Shown here piece after piece: positions 8,122 through 16,733 of a stretch of 32,000 bases of DNA (positions within the stretch are counted from its first letter, which is position 1; each line of letters opens with the position of its first letter). The notes under the pieces are model-generated. The model saw nothing but the letters and a program-made list of their open reading frames with translations. It did not search any database and was not told the origin of the DNA. The translations under genes were made by a program, and so were the position numbers. Source of the DNA: an uncultured Victivallales bacterium (GTDB taxonomy: Bacteria > Verrucomicrobiota > Lentisphaeria > Oligosphaerales > JAFGRS01); contig CAILUI010000065.1 of assembly GCA_903837355.1 (NCBI GenBank), forward strand, positions 1,869-33,868, written 5' to 3'.

Positions 8122-8127
8122 CGGGAT

Positions 8128-8180
8128 CGGCTCACCGCCTGCACGCAGGTCCTGCTGGACAGCAGGCTTCGCCCTCCAGC
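8128..8180. repeat. 53-bp direct repeat, copy 1
   Basis: The sequence is cggctcaccgcctgcacgcaggtcctgctggacagcaggcttcgccctccagc. It matches copy 2 at 49 of 53 positions and contains the internal palindrome CCTGCTGgaCAGCAGG. Confidence 0.85.
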
Positions 8181-8326
8181 ACCAAGCAAGCGCCATGGCC
8201 GCCCGATCATGTCAGGGTGAAACTCCGAAAGGGCGTGACGGACGGGCGCTTGCCCTTGGAGGGCGAAGCTCCCCGGGGGCGCACGCCCCGCTGAGCCGCC
8301 GGCCGCCCCCGGCCGGACCTCCCGAA

Positions 8327-8379
8327 CGGCTCACCGCCTGCAGGCAGGTCCTGCTGGACAGCAGGATTCGCCCTTCAGC
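8327..8379. repeat. 53-bp direct repeat, copy 2
   Basis: The sequence is cggctcaccgcctgcaggcaggtcctgctggacagcaggattcgcccttcagc. It lies 199 bp downstream of copy 1, in the same convergent intergenic region. Confidence 0.85.
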
Positions 8380-8393
8380 GGGGCCCCCGGCGC

Positions 8394-9467
8394 TCAGGTG
8401 TTGTCGGTCAGCCACTTGAGCACGGCTTCACCCTCGGCCGGGCTGCGCGCCCAGCAGTGGTAGAAGACCAGGTTCGGCTGCAGCTCACGGTGGAAGATCT
8501 TGATCGACTCCGGGTCGCAGGGGACCCACAGGCTGACGCCCTTGCTCTGAATCTTCTTGAGCAGGTCCATCCAGTCGATGAAGGCCCTATTGCGGGCGCC
8601 GGTCGTCCACTGGATGCAGTCCAGGCCGGGGATCGAGCAGATGTCGTCCAGATGCACCAGACACTCGGGGCCGTCATAGTGGTAGACGGTGTGCTTGAGG
8701 TACGCCGCCTCTTCGGCCAGAGCCGGCATGACAAAGCGCCGGAAGTGCTCGGGGCCGATCAGGGCCGCGAAGTCGCACTGGATGGTGTTGGTTTTCTCCG
8801 GGTGGTAGGCGGGCACCCAGCCCAGGGTCCCGTGACGGTCCATGCGGCCGGCCTGGTAGATGCCGTCGTAGATGACCGGGAAGAGGGCACGGGCATCGCG
8901 CATGGCGCGGTCGATCGTCGCGGGGATGTCCATCATGTCCATGCACAGCGGTTCCGGGCTGCGGATGGCCGACAGCGCGTCCATGTTGCTGTGCAGGTCC
9001 ACGTGCGCCACCAGCATCTTGCCGTCGAAGCCCTCGGCCAGGGCCGCGCAGAAGTCCAGCATGCGCCGCCACCAGCGGTTGTTGGGGTCGAGGCGCAGCG
9101 GCAGATCCTGGTCCCAGTCCTTGATGCAGGGCACGACCCAGTTGGTGCCGTAGTTGGTCTTGTCAAACTGCAGGTCGCCGCCGAGCCAGGCACCGAACAT
9201 GTCGGGCCCGAAGCTGGGCGTGTACGACGGCATCGCCTCACCGCCCCACCAGGTGGCCGCGGCGTTCTCCAGAACCTGGCGGACAATCGGGCCAAAGTCC
9301 TCGCGCGCGCCAGCCATATACGGCGGGCCGGGCGGCAGCGGCTTGGTCGGATCCTTGGGGGCCGTGATGACACAGCAGGGCCGGTCAATCAGCTCCTTGT
9401 CCCAAAACGCCAACCAGCGTGCCTTGGCCTGTTCGAAATCCGGCTTGAACTCCAGCCCTGTCCCCAT
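8394..9467 (-). CDS. Hypothetical protein, possibly URO-D-like TIM-barrel family
   Basis: The 357-aa ORF has GGAGG 5 nt upstream of the ATG and good G/C third-position bias. The N-terminus (KARWLAFWDKELIDRPCCVI) and overall layout recall URO-D-like proteins common in glycan loci. That functional assignment is by recollection only. Confidence 0.75.
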   Translation of the reverse strand: MGTGLEFKPDFEQAKARWLAFWDKELIDRPCCVITAPKDPTKPLPPGPPYMAGAREDFGPIVRQVLENAAATWWGGEAMPSYTPSFGPDMFGAWLGGDLQFDKTNYGTNWVVPCIKDWDQDLPLRLDPNNRWWRRMLDFCAALAEGFDGKMLVAHVDLHSNMDALSAIRSPEPLCMDMMDIPATIDRAMRDARALFPVIYDGIYQAGRMDRHGTLGWVPAYHPEKTNTIQCDFAALIGPEHFRRFVMPALAEEAAYLKHTVYHYDGPECLVHLDDICSIPGLDCIQWTTGARNRAFIDWMDLLKKIQSKGVSLWVPCDPESIKIFHRELQPNLVFYHCWARSPAEGEAVLKWLTDNT

Positions 9468-9609
9468 AGTCGCCTCCGCTGCTTATGCCGTCCTCACCCG
9501 CTCTGAGCCTTGAGATGACCGCTTCGAAGCACGCACCAGAAGGTCGCTCGCGCCGCGGTTTCGTCAAGTCGGGAGGCGCCGGAAAGCGCCGCCCACCCCC
9601 CAGTCCGCG

Positions 9610-11430
9610 CTACCAGCGCACCACCAGCGTCCCCATCAGGCTCTGGCTGGCGCGGCGCTGGCCCGGCAGGAACTGGGTATCGTCAGCGTAGAGGTTGGCC
9701 ACTTCGACACCCAGCGCGGCCGCAGGCCAGCAGGCGGGATGGACGATGCCGGCCAGAGTGCTGTCGGTACCCCAGCGCCCGGAGGTCCGGGGCGCGTTGT
9801 CGGCATAGCCGAGCATGACCTGCTGCGTGCGCAGTTCGCACCAGGACCAGGGCCACCAGGACACCGTCAGGCCGCCGCGCTGCGCGGGGTAGTTGTAGAC
9901 GTAGCGCGAGGCGTAGACGTCGCGGTCGCCCTGCTTGGCAAGCCACTGCCCGAATAGCGTGCTGGTGAAGCGCGGCGAGAGACGGCAGGAGAGCTCGGCT
10001 TCCACGCCATCGGTGCTAACCCGGCCCAGGTCCGTCGCCAGCCAGCGGCCTTCCGGCGTCTGCCGAATCCAGTCCACCGTGTGCCGGGTCTGGCGCCGGA
10101 ACACCGCCGTGCGGCTCTGCCAGCGCGGCGACCATGCCGTCTTCACGCCGGCCTCAAGCTCGAGGCTCCGCTCGTTCTCCAGCCCCGCATTCCCCAGGCT
10201 CGCCGGCGACTCGTAGTCGAGTTCGGTGAACGAGGGCTGGCGGACCTGCTCGGTGGCGCTGGCGTACAGCCGCTGGCGACGGCCGGCGGCGACCTCGAGG
10301 CCGGCGAGAGCCAGCGGAACCGGCGACTCGGCACTGCAGGCGACCACCTGGCCACCGCCGCGCAGCGTCAGCGCCCCCAGCGTCCACTCCGGCGCCAGTA
10401 ACAGCCCCAGCCGTTGCCGGTTGTGCTGCCCCAGCCCAGCGGTATCGGCACCCTTGAACACGCCCTGGCTGTCGATGCGCTCATCCTCGGCCCACGTCCG
10501 CCAGGTCAGGGCGAGGGCCTCGCTGCCCGAGAGGCGCCCGTCGACCGCGACGCCGGCAGTGGTGGTGGCATGGCGGTTGCGGTAGTAGGACGCATCGCGC
10601 TCGTCGAGGATGTAGTCGTCACGAAAGCTCCTTACGCTGGCGGTCAGACGCACGTAGTCGCGCGGGTCGCTCAGCCCCAGGCGGCACGAACTCAGCCAGA
10701 GCACGTCGTCGGTCGACTCCACCGCCGGCCGGGTGGCGGACGCGCCATAGAAACCCCGCGCCCCGAAGTCCTTCTCCTGCGCCGCAACGACGGTGTCGAA
10801 CGCGGTGTCGGCAGCACGGTACTGCAGGTGCAGTCCGCCGCCGTTGGCCTCGGCACGGTTGTGTCCATAGTCGAGTCCGGCGGCACGCTGGTGCCAACCG
10901 AACGCGCTGCTGCCCCAGCCACTGTCGGCTCCCCACCTATCGGCGCGCCAGACGCGCCCGCCGTAGCTGCCGCCCTCGCCAGCCTCAAGGCGCAGCGCCG
11001 TGCTCGGTTCCAGGGCGGCGAACTCGGCGGCGACGCTGCCGGCCAGATGCCCCGTGCTCCCCAGCGCCTGGTCCACGCCGGTCAGTGCCCTGAACTCGCC
11101 AAAGAGCTCGGCCGGCAAGGGCAACTCGGCATTGAAGTGCTCGGTCTGCGGGTTCCGTAAGGCCAGGCCGGCAACCGCGTAACCGACTTCGCTGAACGAG
11201 CTGCCGCGCACACTCAGATCCGCCTGCGCCCCCGCGCCCTGCGCCGCCACGAACAACGGCGGCGGTCCCGGTCGTGCCCATGCCGCAGCGTTGCCAGCGC
11301 CGCCGTCAGCCGGCGGCGCTACCCCCTCCACCGTCACCTCGGGAAGCGTCCAAACGGCATCCTCGGCAGCGGCAACGGCAGCCGTCACACCCGCAACCAG
11401 GATCAACAGACTCAGGCTCAACAACCGCAC
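9610..11430 (-). CDS. TonB-dependent outer-membrane receptor (small, BtuB-size class)
   Basis: A signal peptide is present (MRLLSLSLLILVAGVTAAVAAAED). Plug-like motifs include TLPEVTVEG and DLSVRGSSFSEVGYAVAGLALRNPQTEHFNAELPLP. The body is long, beta-strand-rich and Tyr/Trp/Gly-rich, and ends in ...LVVRW (terminal aromatic). GGGAGG lies 6 nt upstream of the GTG start. Confidence 0.85.
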   Translation of the reverse strand: MRLLSLSLLILVAGVTAAVAAAEDAVWTLPEVTVEGVAPPADGGAGNAAAWARPGPPPLFVAAQGAGAQADLSVRGSSFSEVGYAVAGLALRNPQTEHFNAELPLPAELFGEFRALTGVDQALGSTGHLAGSVAAEFAALEPSTALRLEAGEGGSYGGRVWRADRWGADSGWGSSAFGWHQRAAGLDYGHNRAEANGGGLHLQYRAADTAFDTVVAAQEKDFGARGFYGASATRPAVESTDDVLWLSSCRLGLSDPRDYVRLTASVRSFRDDYILDERDASYYRNRHATTTAGVAVDGRLSGSEALALTWRTWAEDERIDSQGVFKGADTAGLGQHNRQRLGLLLAPEWTLGALTLRGGGQVVACSAESPVPLALAGLEVAAGRRQRLYASATEQVRQPSFTELDYESPASLGNAGLENERSLELEAGVKTAWSPRWQSRTAVFRRQTRHTVDWIRQTPEGRWLATDLGRVSTDGVEAELSCRLSPRFTSTLFGQWLAKQGDRDVYASRYVYNYPAQRGGLTVSWWPWSWCELRTQQVMLGYADNAPRTSGRWGTDSTLAGIVHPACWPAAALGVEVANLYADDTQFLPGQRRASQSLMGTLVVRW

Positions 11431-11637
11431 CGCAGGCCTCCCGTTGACACGCCTCGACGACGACCCACCCGAAGCCCGGCGGGGGTCACGAAAAACGGTA
11501 CGTTAAGACGAACGTCGCCAATGTCAACCCTCCGCGCGTTGAGATGTTTACAATGGCGGAAGTCGCGCCTGGCAGGGCTATGGTAGAGGACCTGAACAGC
11601 GCCACTTCCCACGCCCGCGATTGCGACGGAGAAGACG

Positions 11638-14600
11638 ATGCATATGTATATTCATAAGGTATTTATGAAAAACATGTTACACTGTTTGCTATGGGGTGTG
11701 ATCATAGCCAGCGGACTGACGGCACGCGGGCAAGCGCTGCTGGACTGGGGCTGGAGTGCGGAGCTGGAGCGGGTCGAGGCCTGGCAGGCGCAGCCCCTTT
11801 GGCAGCCCGACCCCGCTCCGGGGGCAGTCTGCCGGCGCGACGCCGCGGCGATGGAATTCAGCGTGCCCGATGCCGGTTGTGGCATGAAGTGGTCGCAGGC
11901 CTTCCCGCCGATCATCTGTGACGCAAGCCCCTACCTTGTGCTGCGTTACCGCGCCGAGGGGCGGTTCACGGCGACAGATGACTACCTGGTCTACATCAAC
12001 GACGGGGGTGCGCGTGAGGCACGGCCCTTCCGGCTCTCCGAGGTCCAGGCGGATGGGCAGTGGCATGTGCTCGCGGTAGACCTGCGCGGCGTGGTGGCGG
12101 GGACCCGGTTCAGCGCGATCGCGGTGCAGGTACGGACAGGCCCAGGACCGGCGCGGTTGTGGATCAGTTCGCTGCGCCTGGCCGAGCAGCCCCCGCCCGA
12201 CGCCGGGCGCGGCCTGGCGACAGCCGCGGCGGAAAGCGCGGCCATGCCGGCAGCCTGGTGGGCCGACCTGGCCAGCTCGCAATGGAAACCGCAACTGGAC
12301 TGGCTGACGAACCCGGCCGCGAACAGCAGCGTCGACACCAGCGCCACCGGCGGCGTCGTACTGCGCGCACCGAGCGCCGGCAAGGGGATGAAGTGGTGCT
12401 GGTTCTTCGAGAGCGGATTCCCGCTGACGGGGTACACGGGGATCACGCTGCGCTACCGCGTCACCGGGACCGCACCGCAGGGCGACTACGCGGTCAGCAT
12501 CATGGGTACCGCCTCGGCCGCGGGGGCCGACTACGCCGCGGCGATCATGCCGGCCCAGTTGCGGCACGACGGCCTCTGGCATACGCTGACCGTCCCGCTG
12601 CCTGAGCGCGCCCGGCGCCTGCCCGGCGTCGCCGGCATCGCCGTGCAGATCCAGGCCGCCCGCGATGACGCCCAGTTGGAGCTCTCGCGTCTCGGCTTGA
12701 CCGCGCAAGCCGAGCCCGTGCCGGCCCGGGAGTACCTGCTGGCGGAGACCGGAACCTTCGCCGACTCGCTGACCGCGCTGCCCGTCACCACGGCGGGGCG
12801 CCTGCCCCTGGCTGAGGTGATACGGGCAGAGAACCTCACCGGCTGGCCAGACGGCGCCACGGTGCAGGTCAGCGGCGTGCCCTTCGTCCTGCCGGCAGCC
12901 GCTGACTCCGTGCCGGCGACGGGTCTCCGCGAGTGCACCGCGCTCCGCCTCCCCGTCAACCGCAAAGCCGCCGAGGTCTACCTCCTGTTGCTGGGCCTGT
13001 TCCGCGGCGCCGAGGAGGATGTCTACGGCACGGAAGGCCAGTTGGTTTCGATCGCGGAACTCGACCGCTTCGCCGTCGAAGTGCGCTACGCCGATGGCAG
13101 TCGCGAAGGCTGCTTCCCCTGCAATCTCTCGGCGGGGGGCGCCTTCCGCGTCGACCAGGGCGCACAGGCGCTATGCGTCTTCGCCGATCCGCAGCGCACG
13201 CTGGCCGAACTCGTGCTCACCGACAGCTCGCCGGGGGCCGCCTTCGTGGTCGCTGCGGCCACCACCAACCCCGGCCCCGCGCGCACCACGGACCCCGACT
13301 TGGCGTTGCCGGACCTCGCCCGCTGCACGGACCGGCGCCTGCCGGCCACGGAAGCCGCAGTCCGCGCGCTCCTGGCCTGGGGGGAGACGGCGGACTGGCT
13401 CGGGCTGTGGACGGTCAGCGTGGACGGCAAGGACCTGCCCGCGGAACGCTTCCAGCGCCTCACGGGCGACGCCGGCAGCTCGGTCTACCGCTGTGCCGAC
13501 CCGGCCCTCGAACTGCGCCTCACCCACCGTCAGGTCGAGTCGGAGTTCGCCCTGGAGGCTGTCGTGCTCAACCACAGCGCCGCGCCCCTCCAGATCGGCG
13601 TGCTCGGACCACGCTTAGGACCGCTGCTCCTCGGCGACCGGATCCCCGAGCACCAGTGGTACTGGTTCCCATGCGTCGGTAACCGACTCGGCCAGGAGCA
13701 CTTCTGGAAACAGTCACGCTACGGCGGGGGGTTCCCCCTGCAGGTGCTGAGCGCCTTCAATCCGGTCACCGATGACGGCGTCTACCTCCGCACCCTCGAG
13801 GTCGAGGGCATACGTCGCGACTACGGTATGCAGAAGGGTACCGCCGGCATCACGCTCTGGGTCGACACCGGGAGCCGCGCGGTAGCGCCGACGGACGCCC
13901 TGGCAGCGCCGCCGGCCCGCCTCGGGATCACCGGCGGCGACTGGCGTACCGCCTTCACCGTCTACCGCGACTGGGTGCGCGGCTGGTACCGCCCAGTGAC
14001 CCCGCGGCAGCCGTGGTTCCGCGACGTCTACAACTTCCGCCAGCGCTTCCTGCACGGCCTCGACCCGCTCTACGATGCCCGCACCGGCACCTACTCCCTG
14101 CAGGCAGCCATCGACGAGGGCAACGCGCAGTTCGGCGGCATCGAGTACATGCACCTGTTCGACTGGGGCAACCTTCCCGGCGTGGGCCGCATCTACGGCC
14201 GCAGCGGCGACCTGTCACCCTTCGACAGCTTCCTGAAGGGCGGCGCCCCGGCCTTCCAGCAGGCCATTGCCGAGGTGCAGCGTCAGGGCACCCGCGTCGG
14301 GCTCTACATCGAGGGCTACCTGCTGGAGGAAAAGGGCAAACTGGGTCAGGCCCACGGCAAGGAGTGGCAGATCCGCTACCGCACGGGCGAGCCGCTGTAC
14401 TGGCCGCAGAGCTCGGAGATGATGATGTGCAGCGCCGTGCCGGCCTGGCGCGAAGTCCAGGCGGACACCTACGCCACTCGCGTGCGCGAACTCGGCATCG
14501 ACGGCATGTACCTCGACCAGTTCGGCTTCGCCAACCCGGAGAAGGACTGCTGGAGCCCGGACCACGGCCACCCGGTTCCGGGCTGCACCATGCTCGGCGA

Positions 14601-15261
14601 GCGCGGCCTCTCCCGCCTGGTCCGCGAACGCGTCGCCGCCGCCAAGGAGGGCGTCGTCCTCTACGATGAGGAAGTGCCCTGCGATGTCAACACCCAGAAC
14701 CTGGATGGCAGCTTCAGCTACCACATGACCACCTGCCGCGGCGCCCAGCCCCTGGCGCCGCTGCACCCGCTGCGCTTCGCCATCCCCTCTTTCAAGACCT
14801 TCGAAATCCTCGTCTGCGACCGCCCCATGGGCACCTGGGCCGAAGGGGTCAAGTGGACCTTCTTCAACGGCGAAGGCATCTGGCTTGAGGGCCCAGCCCG
14901 GGACTGGTTCGCGGCGCCGACCCTGGCCACGATCCGCCGCACTCACGCCCTCCTGCGCACACACCGCGATGCCTTCGCCACCGACGCACCGCTGCCCCTG
15001 CAGCCAACGCTGACGCCGGGGGTCCTGGCCAACGTCTTCCCGACCGCCAAGAAGGTCGTGATGACCCTCTACAACGCCCGCCACCGCAGCACCACGGCCC
15101 TCGTGCCCGTGCCGCCGGAAATGCCGGCCACCGGCACGATTCAGGATGCCTGGAACGACCGTGTCCTGGAAGCGCATGACCAGGCCGGACGGCGGGTCGT
15201 GCAGGTGGAGATCGAGCCCCGCGACGTCGGCTGTCTTGTCTTCCAGCTTGCCCCGCCGTGA
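11638..15261 (+). CDS. Large secreted protein: two tandem beta-sandwich (CBM-like) modules plus a C-terminal glycoside-hydrolase-like TIM-barrel region (family unassigned)
   Basis: The 1207-aa ORF has a signal-peptide-like segment (MKNMLHCLLWGVIIASGLTARGQA). Internally duplicated modules share GxGMKW...LRYR...DGxWHxLxVxL...IAVQ. The C-terminal region has GIDGMYLDQFGF and CWSPDHGHPVPG motifs resembling GH-like TIM barrels. ATG 11638 is supported by the GGAGA-N5-ATG context; ATG 11665 is an alternative. Confidence 0.85.
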   Translation: MHMYIHKVFMKNMLHCLLWGVIIASGLTARGQALLDWGWSAELERVEAWQAQPLWQPDPAPGAVCRRDAAAMEFSVPDAGCGMKWSQAFPPIICDASPYLVLRYRAEGRFTATDDYLVYINDGGAREARPFRLSEVQADGQWHVLAVDLRGVVAGTRFSAIAVQVRTGPGPARLWISSLRLAEQPPPDAGRGLATAAAESAAMPAAWWADLASSQWKPQLDWLTNPAANSSVDTSATGGVVLRAPSAGKGMKWCWFFESGFPLTGYTGITLRYRVTGTAPQGDYAVSIMGTASAAGADYAAAIMPAQLRHDGLWHTLTVPLPERARRLPGVAGIAVQIQAARDDAQLELSRLGLTAQAEPVPAREYLLAETGTFADSLTALPVTTAGRLPLAEVIRAENLTGWPDGATVQVSGVPFVLPAAADSVPATGLRECTALRLPVNRKAAEVYLLLLGLFRGAEEDVYGTEGQLVSIAELDRFAVEVRYADGSREGCFPCNLSAGGAFRVDQGAQALCVFADPQRTLAELVLTDSSPGAAFVVAAATTNPGPARTTDPDLALPDLARCTDRRLPATEAAVRALLAWGETADWLGLWTVSVDGKDLPAERFQRLTGDAGSSVYRCADPALELRLTHRQVESEFALEAVVLNHSAAPLQIGVLGPRLGPLLLGDRIPEHQWYWFPCVGNRLGQEHFWKQSRYGGGFPLQVLSAFNPVTDDGVYLRTLEVEGIRRDYGMQKGTAGITLWVDTGSRAVAPTDALAAPPARLGITGGDWRTAFTVYRDWVRGWYRPVTPRQPWFRDVYNFRQRFLHGLDPLYDARTGTYSLQAAIDEGNAQFGGIEYMHLFDWGNLPGVGRIYGRSGDLSPFDSFLKGGAPAFQQAIAEVQRQGTRVGLYIEGYLLEEKGKLGQAHGKEWQIRYRTGEPLYWPQSSEMMMCSAVPAWREVQADTYATRVRELGIDGMYLDQFGFANPEKDCWSPDHGHPVPGCTMLGERGLSRLVRERVAAAKEGVVLYDEEVPCDVNTQNLDGSFSYHMTTCRGAQPLAPLHPLRFAIPSFKTFEILVCDRPMGTWAEGVKWTFFNGEGIWLEGPARDWFAAPTLATIRRTHALLRTHRDAFATDAPLPLQPTLTPGVLANVFPTAKKVVMTLYNARHRSTTALVPVPPEMPATGTIQDAWNDRVLEAHDQAGRRVVQVEIEPRDVGCLVFQLAPP

Positions 15262-15325
15262 CCGCCAGCGTAGAATCGTCACTGGCCACGTGCCGCGCGA
15301 TCAGATACGAAGGGAGCGCTGCCCC

Positions 15326-16726
15326 ATGGACATACGCCGCCGGGTGGTCCTGCTGGTGCTGACCGCCGCGGCCCTGGCCGTGGGCGCGGATCGTTCACGG
15401 ACCGGACTCGCCGCGTCCAGCCCCACGCCGCTGCTCGTCGACCATACCTGCTGCGACCTGGCGGCGATCCCGATCACGGCGCTGGCGCAGGCCAGAACAG
15501 AGCTGCGCATCGCCTACGGCCACACCTCGCACGGCAGCCAGATCATCGATGGCATGAGCGGCCTCATGACCTTCGCCGGCAGCCCCTACGACGGCTCGCA
15601 TTACGCCTGGAACGAGGACGGCGCCGACGGTGCCCTCTCGATCCACGACGGCTTCGCCGACGGCGATCTCGGCAACCCCGACTTCACGGCCTGGGCCGCC
15701 GCCACACGGGCCTACCTGGACACGGCCGCGCACGCCGCGGTGAACGTGGTGATGTGGTCCTGGTGCGGTCAACTCTCCTGGGCCGCCGCAACCGATGTCG
15801 ACACCTATCTCACGCTCATGGATGGGCTCGAGCGCGACTACCCCGGCGTCCGCTTCGTCTACCTGACCGGGCACCTCGACGGCAGCGGCGCCAACGGCAC
15901 GCTGAACCAGAACAACAACCGCATCCGCAGTTACTGCCTGGCGCAGGGCAAGACGCTCTACGACTTCGCCGACATCGAGAGCTACGACCCGGATGGCAAT
16001 GAGTTCATGACCAGGGGCGCCGACGACGGCTGCAACTACCCGGATGTGGGCGGCTCCCGGAACTGGGCCGTCGACTGGCAGAACTCGCACCCGGAGGGTG
16101 TTGACTGGTACCCCTGCGGGGCCGCCCACACCGAGCCGCTGAACGCCAACCGCAAAGCCTACGCTGCCTGGTGGCTGTGGGCGCGCCTGGCCGGCTGGAA
16201 CGGGACCCCCGACGACACCGATGGCGCCGCTTTCACGATCGGCCCGCACACGGGCACGTTCCCGCTCGCGGTCCAGTTCACGGACACCTCCACGAACGCG
16301 CCGACCGCCTGGGCCTGGGCCTTCGGCGACGGTAGCGTCTCGAACGCACAGCACCCGCACCACCTCTACGACGCCCCGGGCACCTACGAGGTCACGCTGG
16401 TGGTCACGGCGGCGGCGGGCGAACGGACACACACGCGTACCCTCACCCTGGTGGAACCGTGGTCGGCCCGCCAGCGGCCGAGCCCCAGATTCAGGGTCGC
16501 CAGCGGGCGCCTGACCGCGGGCAAACCCGTCGTCTTCACGGCCCACTGCCGCTACACCAGCCAGTGGCAGTGGACCTTCGCTGGCGGCACCCCAGCCACC
16601 GCCAGCGGCCCCGGACCGCACGCCGTCACCTTCGCCGCCGCCGGCAGCCACCGTGTCGCACTGACGGCGGCCAACAGCCATCACCCTGGCGGCCGAACCG
16701 CGCAGCGCTTCGTCAAGGTGCGCTGA
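15326..16726 (+). CDS. Secreted PKD-domain protein with an uncharacterised N-terminal domain
   Basis: I prefer ATG 15326 (GAAGGGAG upstream) over the track start 15146, which overlaps the previous gene. A signal peptide is present (MDIRRRVVLLVLTAAALAVGA). One PKD module reads FTDTSTNAPTAWAWAFGDGSVSNAQHPHHLYDAPGTYEVTLVV, and a second, degenerate PKD-like module follows. Confidence 0.85.
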   Translation: MDIRRRVVLLVLTAAALAVGADRSRTGLAASSPTPLLVDHTCCDLAAIPITALAQARTELRIAYGHTSHGSQIIDGMSGLMTFAGSPYDGSHYAWNEDGADGALSIHDGFADGDLGNPDFTAWAAATRAYLDTAAHAAVNVVMWSWCGQLSWAAATDVDTYLTLMDGLERDYPGVRFVYLTGHLDGSGANGTLNQNNNRIRSYCLAQGKTLYDFADIESYDPDGNEFMTRGADDGCNYPDVGGSRNWAVDWQNSHPEGVDWYPCGAAHTEPLNANRKAYAAWWLWARLAGWNGTPDDTDGAAFTIGPHTGTFPLAVQFTDTSTNAPTAWAWAFGDGSVSNAQHPHHLYDAPGTYEVTLVVTAAAGERTHTRTLTLVEPWSARQRPSPRFRVASGRLTAGKPVVFTAHCRYTSQWQWTFAGGTPATASGPGPHAVTFAAAGSHRVALTAANSHHPGGRTAQRFVKVR

Positions 16727-16733
16727 GGTAAGG

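Noticed and set aside
11431-11637. A cobalamin riboswitch upstream of the BtuB-sized TonB-dependent receptor
   Set aside because: Only fragments resembling conserved blocks (GGGAAG, GCCATTGTAA) are present. They are in the wrong order and lack the GGTG..AA.TCC and AGCCAGGAGACCTGCC-type B12 box. They also lie upstream of the best candidate promoter. An Infernal scan would be needed to be certain.
15146-15325. A 60-codon N-terminal extension of the PKD-protein ORF (track start 15146)
   Set aside because: The extension overlaps the 3' end of the 1207-aa gene by 116 nt and is Arg/Ser-rich. The internal ATG 15326 has a good SD and begins a classical signal peptide.
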